A stretch of DNA of 24,000 bases, from NCBI GenBank assembly GCA_035525365.1, contig DATLEK010000067.1:14750-38749 (forward strand). The letters run 5' to 3'. The stretch is from Acidimicrobiales bacterium (lineage in GTDB: Bacteria; Actinomycetota; Acidimicrobiia; Acidimicrobiales; GCA-2861595). A program made the translations under genes and the position numbers. This document shows positions 6,773 to 15,298 of this stretch, piece after piece. Numbering within the stretch: position 1 is the first letter of the stretch; each line of letters starts with the position of its first letter. The notes beneath the pieces were generated by a model. That model was not told the origin of the DNA and ran no database searches. It worked only from the letters and a program-made list of their open reading frames with translations.

Positions 6773-8673
6773 GCTGGGCCCGGTGGGCCGAGGGTGAAAC
6801 CGCGGCGATCCGTGCCGCCGGGCAGTGGCGCACGGTGCGGGCCCTGGACGGTCCCGAGCCCGAAACGGTGATCCACGACGGCGGTGACGGCCCCCACCGC
6901 CAGGTGGTCTCCTTCGCCTCGAACGACTACCTCGGCCTCACCCGTCACCCTGCCGTGGTGGCCGCGGCCCACGAGGCGCTCGAACGATGGGGCACCGGGT
7001 CGGGCGCGGCCCGTCTGGTGAGCGGCTCCCGCTCCGTGCACGGCGAGCTCGAGGCCGAACTGGCGGCGTGGAAGGAGGCAGAGCGGGCCGTGCTCTTCCC
7101 CACCGGGTACGCAGCCAACCTGGGCGTCCTGGCCACCTTGGCCGGCCCCGGTATGCGCATCCTCAGCGACGAGCTGAACCACGCCTCGATCGTGGACGGG
7201 TGCCGCCTCGCTCGCTCCTCGGGCGCAGAGGTCGTCGTCTACCCCCATGGCGACGTGGACAGGGTGGCGTCGTTGCTGGCGCAAGGCGCGCCGGCGCACA
7301 CCCGCACGTTGGTGGTGACCGACAGCGTGTTCTCCATGGACGGCGACACGGCGGGGCTCGACGAGCTCACCGACCTGTGCGGGCGCCACGGTGCTCTTCT
7401 CGTCATCGACGAAGCCCACGCCGTTCTCGGCCCGGAGCCGCCGCTCGGGCGATGCGAGATCCTGCGGGTCGGCACCCTGTCGAAGACCCTGGCCTCCCTC
7501 GGCGGGTTCGTGGCCGGCACTACGCCCCTGGTCGAGCTTCTCGTCAACCGAGCGCGACCGTTCATCTTCACGACGGCCTCTCCGCCGGCGGTGGCCGCAG
7601 CGGCGCTGGCCTCCCTGCGGGTGGTGCGCAGCGGCGAGGGCGAGTCACTGCGCCGGCGCCTCCGCCGCCACGTGGACCAACTGTCGCCCGGGCACCCATC
7701 TCCGATCGTGGCCTTCGTGCTAGGGGAGGAGGCCGCCGCTCTGTATGCCTCCGCACAGCTGCTCGAACAGGGATTGCTCGTCCCGGCCATCCGGCCCCCC
7801 ACCGTCGCTCCCGGCACCTCGCGCCTCCGCGTCGCCCTGTCCGCCGCCCACTCCGACAACCAGGTCGAGCGTCTGCGCGAAGCGCTCTCGGTCCTTCTCC
7901 CGATCCAGCTCGCTCCGCCACCAACGAGGTGCCTGGTGAAGCAGCATCTCCCAGCTCCGCTCCTCTCCAACGATGGCCTCGAGCCGGCACCGGGGGAGCC
8001 GGCGATGGCGCGACCCGACTGCCTCGTGCTGGTCACCGGCACCGGTACGGACGTGGGCAAGACGTGGGTGACAGCGGCTCTTGCCTCGGCGTGGCGTGCC
8101 GGCGGCGCCACTGTGGCCGCCCGCAAACCGGCACTCTCCTTCGACCCTGGGGAGAGCGCCAACGCCGGCAGCGGCGGTCCCGGTGGTGGGCACACTACGG
8201 ACGCGGAGGTACTGGCCGCGGCTACCGGCGAGGACCCGCGGAACGTCTGCCCCGAGCACCGTCGGTACGCCGTGGCCATGGCTCCGCCTCTGGCCGCCTC
8301 CGCCCTCTGCCGACCCGCCTTCACAGTCGCCGAGCTCGTTGGGGAGCTGCGCTGGCCGGCGGGTGCCGCCATCCGCTACGGCCTGGTGGAGGGCGTGGGC
8401 GGGCCGCGCTCACCCTTGGCTGCCGACGGCGACACCGTCACGCTGATCGAGCTGCTCAAGCCCGACCACGTCGTGCTCGTCGCCAGCGCCGGCCTCGGCG
8501 CCATCAACGCCGTGCTGCTCTCCGCCGCCGCCATCGGCGCCCGGCAGCCCACCATCCTCCTCAACCGCTTCGATGCAGGCAATCGCACTCACGCGGGCAA
8601 TGCCCGCTGGCTCCGCGAACACACTGGCTTGACGGTCACCACCAGTGTCGCCGCCCTCGCCGTCCTTCTCTGA
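6769..8673 (+). CDS. bioF: 8-amino-7-oxononanoate synthase (BioF) continuing in frame, with no stop codon, into dethiobiotin synthetase (BioD); 634 aa
   Basis: TTG 6769 overlaps the bioA stop (cTTGAg). BioF motifs: SNDYLGL, GSGAARLVSGS, DELNHASIVDG, SVFSMDGD, IDEAHA, GTLSKTLASLGG. I translated 7861-8040 codon by codon: ...ERLREALSVLL-PIQLAPPPTRCLVKQHLPAPLLSNDGLEPAPGEPA-MARPDCLVLVTGTGTDVGKTW, with no stop. The upstream part of track ORF 6172..8673 is an off-frame overlap with bioA. Confidence 0.88.
   Translation: MSWARWAEGETAAIRAAGQWRTVRALDGPEPETVIHDGGDGPHRQVVSFASNDYLGLTRHPAVVAAAHEALERWGTGSGAARLVSGSRSVHGELEAELAAWKEAERAVLFPTGYAANLGVLATLAGPGMRILSDELNHASIVDGCRLARSSGAEVVVYPHGDVDRVASLLAQGAPAHTRTLVVTDSVFSMDGDTAGLDELTDLCGRHGALLVIDEAHAVLGPEPPLGRCEILRVGTLSKTLASLGGFVAGTTPLVELLVNRARPFIFTTASPPAVAAAALASLRVVRSGEGESLRRRLRRHVDQLSPGHPSPIVAFVLGEEAAALYASAQLLEQGLLVPAIRPPTVAPGTSRLRVALSAAHSDNQVERLREALSVLLPIQLAPPPTRCLVKQHLPAPLLSNDGLEPAPGEPAMARPDCLVLVTGTGTDVGKTWVTAALASAWRAGGATVAARKPALSFDPGESANAGSGGPGGGHTTDAEVLAAATGEDPRNVCPEHRRYAVAMAPPLAASALCRPAFTVAELVGELRWPAGAAIRYGLVEGVGGPRSPLAADGDTVTLIELLKPDHVVLVASAGLGAINAVLLSAAAIGARQPTILLNRFDAGNRTHAGNARWLREHTGLTVTTSVAALAVLL
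8005..8673 (+). other. bioD: BioD (dethiobiotin synthetase) module. It could also be translated separately from the internal ATG 8005.
   Basis: P-loop GTGTDVGKT, VEGVGGPRSPL, and a length of 222 aa typical for BioD. ATG 8005 is preceded by GGGGGAG (7992-7998), a plausible Shine-Dalgarno sequence. Confidence 0.8.
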
Positions 8674-8699
8674 ATCGCCACCTGGATGTCGTTCATTGA

Positions 8700-8730
8700 G
8701 CAAAAATCGTTGTATAGCAACGGTTTTTGC
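8700..8730. terminator. A/T-rich 13-bp-stem hairpin between convergent bioF/D and bioB; putative bidirectional terminator
   Basis: GCAAAAATCGTTG-tatag-CAACGGTTTTTGC. There are 13 pairs; one is G-U on the plus transcript and becomes an A-C mismatch on the minus transcript. A5/T5 runs sit in the arms. It is the only clearly A/T-rich stretch in the 80-bp gap between the stops at 8673 and 8754. Confidence 0.6.
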
Positions 8731-8753
8731 ACACAAAGGGTCCCGAACAGGCT

Positions 8754-9716
8754 TCAGAGGACCTTCGACAGGGTGGCGACGGGCATGCGCAGGTCGGCCA
8801 GCATCTGCAGGTCCTCGGCCGGCGAGCGGCCCATGGTGGTGAGGTAGTTGCCGACGATAAGAGCGTTGATGCCTGCCGTCATGCCCATGGCCTGCAACTC
8901 CCGCAGGGTCAGCTCACGACCACCGGCGTAACGGAGGGTCACCGCCGGCAGGGCGAGGCGGAACAGGGCGATCCAGCGGATGGCTTCCAGCGGCTCCACC
9001 AGCGGGCGGTCCCCCATGGGCGTGCCCGGGCGGGGGTTCAGAAAGTTGACGGGCACCTCGGCCGGCTCCACCTCCCGCAGCTCGGCCAGCATCTCCAGGC
9101 GCTGGGCGGCGGTCTCGCCCATGCCGAGCAGCACGCCACAACACAGCTCCATGCCGGCGTCCCGGACCCGCCGGCAGGTCTGGAAACGCTCCTCCCAGGT
9201 GTGGGTGGTGACCACCTCGGGAAAGAAGGAGCGGGCCGTCTCCAGGTTGTGGTTGTAGCGGTGGGTGCCGGCCGCAGCCAGGCGGCGGGCCTGGTCGTCG
9301 TCGAGGATGCCGGCGCTCACCGCCACCTCCAGCCCTGTCTCGGCCTTCACCAGCGGCACCAGCTCCAGCAGCCTGCCCATCACCCGCTCGTCGGGCCCGC
9401 GCACGGCCAGCACGATGCAGAACTCCGATGCGCCGAGCGCCGCCGTCTGGCGGGCGGCGGCCAGCACCTGGGCCGTGTCCAGGAACGGCGTGCCCCGCAC
9501 AGGGGAGGAGAACCGGGCCGACTGGCTGCAGAAACCGCAGTCTTCAGGGCATCCGCCGGTTCGGGCGGAGAGGATCCCCTCCACCTCGACCTCCGGGCCG
9601 CACCAGGCCAGGCGGACTTCGTGGGCCACCGCGGCCAGTGCCGGCACCGACTCCGCCGGCAGGGCGGCCAGAGCGGCCAATTCCTCAGGCAGGAGCCGGC
9701 GCCGCTCGTCCAGCAA
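8754..9716 (-). CDS. bioB: Biotin synthase (radical SAM)
   Basis: Motifs [11 protein letters not shown] (CxxxCxxC), [31 protein letters not shown]. Track ORF 8754..9833 trimmed to TTG 9716. Codons between 9716 and 9833 have T/A-rich third positions and overlap the mreB 3' end, so the GTG 9833 start is unlikely. The exact start is uncertain. Confidence 0.92.
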   Translation of the reverse strand: MLDERRRLLPEELAALAALPAESVPALAAVAHEVRLAWCGPEVEVEGILSARTGGCPEDCGFCSQSARFSSPVRGTPFLDTAQVLAAARQTAALGASEFCIVLAVRGPDERVMGRLLELVPLVKAETGLEVAVSAGILDDDQARRLAAAGTHRYNHNLETARSFFPEVVTTHTWEERFQTCRRVRDAGMELCCGVLLGMGETAAQRLEMLAELREVEPAEVPVNFLNPRPGTPMGDRPLVEPLEAIRWIALFRLALPAVTLRYAGGRELTLRELQAMGMTAGINALIVGNYLTTMGRSPAEDLQMLADLRMPVATLSKVL

Positions 9717-9754
9717 CGCCGACGCGGCGGCCGCCAGCAGGGCCCGAGGCCCGC

Positions 9755-10759
9755 TCAGCGCTCCGCCCCCATGAACAGGACCTTGAGCGACTCGAAGGAC
9801 TCGAGAACCTTGCCGGCGCCGAGGACAACGCACTCGAGGGGGGCGTCCACCAGGTGCACGGGAATCTGGGTCTCCTCCTCCAAGCGGCGATCCAGACCGC
9901 GCAGCATTCCGCCGCCACCCACCAGGTGGATGCCCTGCATGATCAGGTCCTGGGCCAGCTCCGGCGGCGCCTGGCCGAGGCAGAGCACCACCGAGTCGAC
10001 GATCGCGCTCACCTGCTCGTCGATGGCCGCCCGTACCTCGTCCGGCGACAGGATCACCGTCTTGGGCAGGCCCGTCATCAGGTCACGGCCCCGCACCTCG
10101 GCCTTGACCGCGTCCTCCATGGGATAGGCGCTGCCGATGGCCAGCTTGATCTCCTCCGCAGTGCGCTCACCGATGGCGATGCCGTAGTCGCGCCGGACGT
10201 AGGTCTGGATGGAAGCGTCGATGTCGAAGGAGCCGACCCGAATGGCCTGGAGGGCGACGATGCCCCCGAGGGAGATGACCGCCGTTTCAGAGGTGCCGCC
10301 GCCCACGTCCACGATCATGTTGCCGAGCGGCTCGTGAATGGGAAGTCCGGCCCCGATGGCCGCGGCCATGGGCTGGTGGATCAGGTACGGGTCGGCGGCG
10401 CCGGCCCGGCGCGCCGCCTCCTCCACCGCCCGTCGCTCCACCTCGGTGATGGCCGACGGCACACAGATCAGGACGCGCGGCCGGTTGAAGCGGCTGACAC
10501 CGGCGCGCTTCAAGAGCAGGCGGATCATCCGCTGGGTGATGTCGAAGTCGGTGATGGCCCCCTTGCGCAGGGGCCGAACGGCGACGATGGATGCCGGCGT
10601 ACGCCCGATCATCTGCCATGCGTCATGGCCCATGGCCAGCACGGCCTGGGTCTTTTCGTTGACAGCGATGACGGTGGGCTCGTTGAGCACGATGCCCTCG
10701 CCCCGGGCGTAGACGAGGGTGTTGGCCGTCCCGAGGTCGATGGCCAGGTCGCGGGCCAC
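9755..10759 (-). CDS. mreB: Rod shape-determining actin homologue MreB
   Basis: Full-length canonical MreB: [48 protein letters not shown] start at 10759. No mreC or mreD is visible anywhere in the window. Confidence 0.94.
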   Translation of the reverse strand: MARDLAIDLGTANTLVYARGEGIVLNEPTVIAVNEKTQAVLAMGHDAWQMIGRTPASIVAVRPLRKGAITDFDITQRMIRLLLKRAGVSRFNRPRVLICVPSAITEVERRAVEEAARRAGAADPYLIHQPMAAAIGAGLPIHEPLGNMIVDVGGGTSETAVISLGGIVALQAIRVGSFDIDASIQTYVRRDYGIAIGERTAEEIKLAIGSAYPMEDAVKAEVRGRDLMTGLPKTVILSPDEVRAAIDEQVSAIVDSVVLCLGQAPPELAQDLIMQGIHLVGGGGMLRGLDRRLEEETQIPVHLVDAPLECVVLGAGKVLESFESLKVLFMGAER

Positions 10760-10968
10760 TACGGGGCCCGTTCGTCAGGCGGCCGCAGCGGTGGTGATGG
10801 TGGAGTGGGACCGGGCCCGGAATGCTCGGGGGCGAGGGCCTGGAGCTCACGCTGGAACTCGTCGATGGCGTACTCGAGCGATCGGGGCTGGCGGTGGCGG
10901 TACCACACGACCAGTGAGCCGAGCAGGCTGAAGGTGACGGCCAGGAGAAGGTAGACGAGGTTGCTCAC
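10759..10968 (-). CDS. Small single-pass membrane protein, 69 aa, translationally coupled to mreB
   Basis: GTG start at 10968, 7 nt after the moaE stop. Its TAG stop shares one nucleotide with the mreB GTG start. N-terminal TM is LVYLLLAVTFSLLGSLVVWY, followed by the basic YRHRQPR, a short helix-like EYAIDEFQRELQAL, and a Pro-rich tail. G/C-rich third positions support coding. No family recognised. Confidence 0.55.
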   Translation of the reverse strand: MSNLVYLLLAVTFSLLGSLVVWYRHRQPRSLEYAIDEFQRELQALAPEHSGPGPTPPSPPLRPPDERAP

Positions 10969-10975
10969 GACACGC

Positions 10976-11479
10976 TCACGGGTTCTTTACGGCGCCTGGG
11001 ACGGGCGGGTGCTCGCCGACATCGTGGGCGCAGGTGCCCCAGTCGACACCGTCGCGCCATGTCTCGCGCTTCCATATGGGGACAGTGGCCTTGAGGGTGT
11101 CGATGCACCAGCGGGCCGCCTCGAACGCCTCGGCCCGATGTGGCGCGCTGGCCACGACGAGAACCGCCGTCTCCTCCACCTGCAGTGGCCCGGTGCGATG
11201 CATCAGCACCAGGCGACCGAGCACCGGCCACAGACGGCGGGCCTCGCCGGCCAGCGCCTCCAGCCGGGGCTCCACCTCGGTCTCATAGGCCTCGTATTCC
11301 AGGAGACTCACGCCGGGCCGGCCCTCGGCGTGGTCACGGACCGTTCCCGCGAAGCTGACCACCGCACCGCACCCCGGCCGGACGGCCCATTCGACAGCTT
11401 CTCCGACCGGTATGGGCGCGGTCGTGAGCCCGGTCCAGTCGGTATCGCTTCTGGGCGAGCACAGCCCGGGAGATGGCAC
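10976..11479 (-). CDS. moaE: Molybdopterin synthase catalytic subunit MoaE
   Basis: VVSFAGTVRDHAEGR, LEYEAYETEVEPRL, LMHRTGPLQVEETAVLVVASAPHRAEAFEAARWCIDTLKATVPIWKRE. ATG 11479 is the only standard start upstream of the conserved region. No other moa genes are in the window. Confidence 0.85.
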   Translation of the reverse strand: MPSPGLCSPRSDTDWTGLTTAPIPVGEAVEWAVRPGCGAVVSFAGTVRDHAEGRPGVSLLEYEAYETEVEPRLEALAGEARRLWPVLGRLVLMHRTGPLQVEETAVLVVASAPHRAEAFEAARWCIDTLKATVPIWKRETWRDGVDWGTCAHDVGEHPPVPGAVKNP

Positions 11480-11537
11480 GCCTCAATGGTACGGCGCCGA
11501 CCTTAATCCGCAGGTGCCGGCGCTTATCCTCGTCTTC

Positions 11538-12761
11538 ATGGAGCTTGACGACGGCCTTGGCGACGACCGGCCGCCGCAGCCGCTCCTCCCTCGGGAAGAC
11601 CGGATCTGGCGCCACCCCTCGGAGGTGGCGGGACCACCTGCGTTCGGACGCCGGTCCACCAATCGGGGCGTGGCCCCGGGCCTTTGGCAGGTGGGCCTCC
11701 TGGCTGGATCGATCAGCGCCATCCTCACCGTCGCCCTGGTTCTGGTGGCCGGTGGGTTCCGGGTGCGGACTGTGTCGCGGGCGACACCGGCGGCGGTGGA
11801 ACGGGTGGTGGCACCGGCCGCAGTCACGCCGGTCACCGCACCGGGATCGCCGGCCAATGCCATCGTCGACATCGCCGAGCAGATGCGGCCGTCCATCGTG
11901 CAGGTCCGCGTCAACGGCGGGGACGGCCCCGGAAGCGGGTCCGGCGTCATCTTCCGCAGCGACGGCCACGTCCTCACCAATCACCACGTGGTCGAAGGTG
12001 CCGACCGGATCACCTTGATCATGGCCGATGGCGAGGAGGTAGCGGCCAGCCTGATCGGATCGGACGCAGATACCGACATCGCCGTGGTGAAAGTGGACAG
12101 GACCGACGTGGCCAGTGCGCCCCTGGGATCGGCGGCCTCCCTCAGGGTGGGACAGTTGGCCGTCGCCATCGGATCTCCGCTGGGCCTGGCCGGCGGGCCC
12201 TCCGTCTCCGTCGGTGTGGTGAGCGCCCTCGGGCGGGAGATCGACGGCGGGGAAGGGCCCCCGCTTCTCGACATGATCCAGACTGATGCCCCCATCGCCC
12301 CCGGCTCGTCGGGAGGCGCGCTGGTTGACGGTGCCGGCGCCGTGGTCGGCGTGACCACCGCCATCGCCGTCAGCGCGGTGGGCGCCGACGGCCTGGGCTT
12401 CGCCACCCCCATCGACATCGCCCGCGACGTGGCCGAGCAGATCATCGCCGGCGGCCGCGCCGTCCACGTGTGGCTCGGGGTCGAGGGCGAGGACGTCGAC
12501 GCCACACTGGCCAAGGAGATCGGAGTGACCGGCGGCGCCATGATCCGCAATGTCAGCCCCGACAGCCCCGCGGCGCGGGCAGGGATAGCTCGCCGGGACG
12601 TGATCGTTTCGGTGGACGGAATGCCCATTCGGTCCATGGGCGCCCTCAAGGTCCAGCTCCGCACCCACCGCCCCGGCGACGAAGTCACCCTCGCCTACCA
12701 CCGCGACAAGAAGCCAGGCTCGCTCAAGGTGAAACTGGCCGAACGCCCATCCCGCTCGTAG
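11538..12761 (+). CDS. htrA: Membrane-anchored HtrA/DegP-family (S1C) serine protease with PDZ domain, paralogue 1
   Basis: Track ORF 11412..12761 trimmed to ATG 11538 (MELDDGLGDDRPPQPLLPREDRIWRHPSEV). TM is GLLAGSISAILTVALVLVAGG. Triad contexts are GHVLTNHHVV, DTDIAVVKV and APGSSGGALV. PDZ is GAMIRNVSPDSPAARAGIARRDVIVSVDG. Confidence 0.9.
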   Translation: MELDDGLGDDRPPQPLLPREDRIWRHPSEVAGPPAFGRRSTNRGVAPGLWQVGLLAGSISAILTVALVLVAGGFRVRTVSRATPAAVERVVAPAAVTPVTAPGSPANAIVDIAEQMRPSIVQVRVNGGDGPGSGSGVIFRSDGHVLTNHHVVEGADRITLIMADGEEVAASLIGSDADTDIAVVKVDRTDVASAPLGSAASLRVGQLAVAIGSPLGLAGGPSVSVGVVSALGREIDGGEGPPLLDMIQTDAPIAPGSSGGALVDGAGAVVGVTTAIAVSAVGADGLGFATPIDIARDVAEQIIAGGRAVHVWLGVEGEDVDATLAKEIGVTGGAMIRNVSPDSPAARAGIARRDVIVSVDGMPIRSMGALKVQLRTHRPGDEVTLAYHRDKKPGSLKVKLAERPSRS

Positions 12762-12778
12762 AACCGCCCGCCTACGAT

Positions 12779-13960
12779 GTGCGGGTGAGCGTGCCTGGGC
12801 CCTTCGGTAGCGGGAACCCCTTCGAGGGCCTCTTCGGTGAGCTGGCCAAGATGTTCGCCAACCAGGCCCCGCTGAACCTGGAGGTGGCCCGCCAGCTGGC
12901 CCAGTGGCTGGCTACCGAGGGAGGGTCCGAGCCCAACGTGGAGCCGCTGGAGCGGATCCGCTACGAGGAGCTGGCACGGGTGGCGGAGTTGCAGGTGGCG
13001 GGGGCGACGGGCCTGCCGGTGGCGGTGGACGGTGCAGCGGTCACGCTCAGGCCGGTGGGGCGGGGCGAATGGGCCAACCGCACCCTCGATGCCTACCGGT
13101 CCTTCTTCGAAGGCCTCGCCGCGGCCATGGCCACGCCCAGCTCCGACGCGGGCCCCGACGACGCACCCGATCCCACCACCGAGCTGCTCGGCGGGGTGGC
13201 CCAGGTGGTCGGGCCGCTCCTGATCGGCATGCAGGCGGGCACCATGGTCGGTCATCTGGCCCAGCGGGCCTTCGGCCAGTACGACCTGCCCATCCCCCGG
13301 CCGCCCTCGCACGAGCTCCTGGTGGTCCCCGTGAACGTCAATGCCTTTGCCGGCGACTGGAGCCTGCCTGCCGACGACGTGCGCCTCTGGGTCTGCCTCA
13401 GCGAGCTGACCCACCACAGCGTGATCAGCCGTCCCCATGTCCGCGGCCGGCTGGAATCCCTGCTCGGCGACTACGTCCATGGCTTCAGGCCCGACCCTTC
13501 GATCTTCGAGGAGCGGATGGGGGAGATCGATCCCACCAACCCGGCATCCTTCCAGGCCGCCCTGGGTGATCCGGCGGAGCTCCTGGGCGCCATGCAGACA
13601 CCGGAGCAGCGCCAGATCCTCACCCGGGTCGAGGCGCTGGTAACGGCCATCGTCGGCTACGTCGACCACGTGATGGACACGGTAGGGCGGACGCTCCTGG
13701 GGTCCTACGGCCCGCTGTCGGAGGCCCTGCGCCGCCGGCGGGTGGAGCGCACCGACGCCGACCAGTTCGTCGAGAGGATGTTCGGCCTCGAGCTGAGCCA
13801 GGCCCAGTACGACCGGGGGTCGGCCTTCGTCACCGGCGTGGTGGAGCGGGCCGGACAGGAAGGGCTGGCCCGGCTGTGGCAGGGCGAGCGGGAGCTGCCG
13901 ACGCCGGCAGAGGTGGACGCGCCCGGACTCTGGCTGGAGCGCATCGACCTCCCTGACTGA
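12779..13960 (+). CDS. DUF2342 / Zincin_2-like (putative zinc metalloprotease family) protein lacking a canonical HExxH
   Basis: Starts at one of GTG 12779, 12785 or 12791, 18-30 nt after the htrA stop. N-terminus NPFEGLFGELAKMFANQAPLNLEVARQLAQWLA and the overall layout match my recollection of the actinobacterial DUF2342 family. At the expected metal-site position the sequence reads VRLWVCLSELTHHSVI. Confidence 0.75.
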   Translation: MRVSVPGPFGSGNPFEGLFGELAKMFANQAPLNLEVARQLAQWLATEGGSEPNVEPLERIRYEELARVAELQVAGATGLPVAVDGAAVTLRPVGRGEWANRTLDAYRSFFEGLAAAMATPSSDAGPDDAPDPTTELLGGVAQVVGPLLIGMQAGTMVGHLAQRAFGQYDLPIPRPPSHELLVVPVNVNAFAGDWSLPADDVRLWVCLSELTHHSVISRPHVRGRLESLLGDYVHGFRPDPSIFEERMGEIDPTNPASFQAALGDPAELLGAMQTPEQRQILTRVEALVTAIVGYVDHVMDTVGRTLLGSYGPLSEALRRRRVERTDADQFVERMFGLELSQAQYDRGSAFVTGVVERAGQEGLARLWQGERELPTPAEVDAPGLWLERIDLPD

Positions 13961-13961
13961 G

Positions 13962-15212
13962 TCACCCCGGCGCCGGCGCCTCGCGCCCCCTCAGCCCGGC
14001 GAAGTAGGCCCCGGCGGCCAGGGCCGTTCCGGTGGCCAGGAGGAAGTACCCGGTCCTGCTGGGTACGGCGAGGGCCACCGGCACCAGGGCGCCGACCACC
14101 CACGTCAACTGGAAGATCGCCTCGCAGCGGGCGAACCACCGGCCCTGGGTCGTGTCCGGCGCATCCCGTTGGACCACGGCGTCGAAGGCCAGCTTTCCGG
14201 CACTGGCCGCGAATCCCAGGCTGCCGGCGGCCACCACGGCGGCGGGGCGCCCACCGAGCCGTGTGGCCACCAGGGCGCTCATCACGACCAGGCCCAGCGA
14301 TCCGGTCAGCAGGTGCTCCTCGATCATCCTCCGACGGAGTGCCGGCGCGGCGACGGCGCCGAGAATGGACCCGGCCATGCTGGCCGCCAGCACCACGCCG
14401 AAAACCCACGCCGGCGCCCCCTCCCGGCGGAGGGCGAAGGCGATGAGAAACGTGAGAAACCCAACGGCAGCACGGAGAACTCCGGTAGCCGTGGCCGCAG
14501 CGCGGATCCCAGGGTGGTTCATGTCGGCCAACGAGTCCCGACGGGCGACGAGAACGCCACGACGGGTACGAGCAGGGTCTGTGTCCGGGTGGACCTGCAC
14601 GATCCGAAGCGAAGCCAGCGCCGACGCCGCGAAGACCACAGCCGCCAACCGCATCACCCACTCGCCCCCAGCCAGTTGGAGAACGGCGACCCCCGGAACG
14701 GCGGCGGCGATGCTGACGAGCGCGGCAAGCAGGGACAGCCGGGAGTTGGCCTCCACCAGGTCCTCTTTTCTGTCCACCACCGTGGGGACCAGCGAGCTCT
14801 TGGCCACGGCGTGGGTCTTGGACAGCACGAGGAGAACGAAGGCCACCGGGAACAGCATCAGGCTGTTGAGCACCCGCGCCGCCACCAGGGCGGCGATCCC
14901 CCGTCCGAGCGAGGCCATGAACACCATCGCCCGCCGGCCACCGGCCGTCCGGTCGATGGCCGGCCCCAGCAACGGCGCCACCACGCCGAAGGGGGCGATC
15001 GTCAACACCAGCGACAGGGCGACCCTCCCCCGGGCCTCGCTGGGGGAGATGCTGAAGAAGAGCGACCCGGCCAGTGCCAGGGTGACCAGGGCGTCGCCGG
15101 AAACGGACAAGGCGTGGGTGCCCGACAACCGGGAGAACGGCGTGGCCCGAAGCTCCGGGTCATGGTCCCGCCGGGGTGGCCGCAGAGGACTCCAACCCGT
15201 CTCCCTCGCCAC
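13962..15212 (-). CDS. MFS-type transporter (multi-TM)
   Basis: Track ORF 13962..15605 trimmed to GTG 15212, because the upstream part would overlap the divergent gene. About 12 hydrophobic segments, for example LVTLALAGSLFFSI, LSLVLTIAPFGVVAPLLGPAIDR and GFLTFLIAFALR. The start is uncertain. Confidence 0.78.
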   Translation of the reverse strand: MARETGWSPLRPPRRDHDPELRATPFSRLSGTHALSVSGDALVTLALAGSLFFSISPSEARGRVALSLVLTIAPFGVVAPLLGPAIDRTAGGRRAMVFMASLGRGIAALVAARVLNSLMLFPVAFVLLVLSKTHAVAKSSLVPTVVDRKEDLVEANSRLSLLAALVSIAAAVPGVAVLQLAGGEWVMRLAAVVFAASALASLRIVQVHPDTDPARTRRGVLVARRDSLADMNHPGIRAAATATGVLRAAVGFLTFLIAFALRREGAPAWVFGVVLAASMAGSILGAVAAPALRRRMIEEHLLTGSLGLVVMSALVATRLGGRPAAVVAAGSLGFAASAGKLAFDAVVQRDAPDTTQGRWFARCEAIFQLTWVVGALVPVALAVPSRTGYFLLATGTALAAGAYFAGLRGREAPAPG

Positions 15213-15298
15213 GTGGGGAATGGTAGGGCCCGGGTTGAGCCCCGGTGAGCGGCCGCCGGAAGTGCCCGAGCCCCGTGGCCACAGGTAGCATCGGCCCC

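Noticed and set aside
6403-8372. Long minus-strand ORFs 6403..7419, 7239..8372 and 7568..7990, and plus ORF 6987..8699
   Set aside because: They are antisense or off-frame to bioA/bioF/bioD and Arg/Pro/Gly-rich with no motifs. These are typical high-GC artefacts.
8674-8699. Possible biotin operator (BioQ/BirA type) in GTCGTTCATTGAGC downstream of bioD
   Set aside because: There is only a single GTTCA half-site with no inverted partner, and it sits at gene 3' ends rather than at a promoter.
8727-10954. Plus-strand ORFs 8727..10127 (466 aa) and 9428..10954 (508 aa)
   Set aside because: They are antisense to the canonical bioB and mreB genes.
11480-11537. Moco riboswitch upstream of moaE
   Set aside because: Only 58 bp separate moaE from the divergent htrA-1 start, which is too short for the roughly 130-nt Moco RNA motif. 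No conserved-looking structure was seen.
11334-13669. Minus-strand ORFs 11334..12701 (455 aa), 11981..12688 and 12695..13669
   Set aside because: They are antisense to htrA-1 and the zincin-like gene. Their composition is dominated by Gly/Asp/His/Arg with no domain signatures.
14032-15288. Plus-strand ORFs 14032..15288 and 14169..15248, and the N-terminal extension of the MFS ORF to 15605
   Set aside because: The plus ORFs are antisense to the multi-TM transporter. The extension is Arg/Pro-rich and would overlap the divergent repeat-protein gene.
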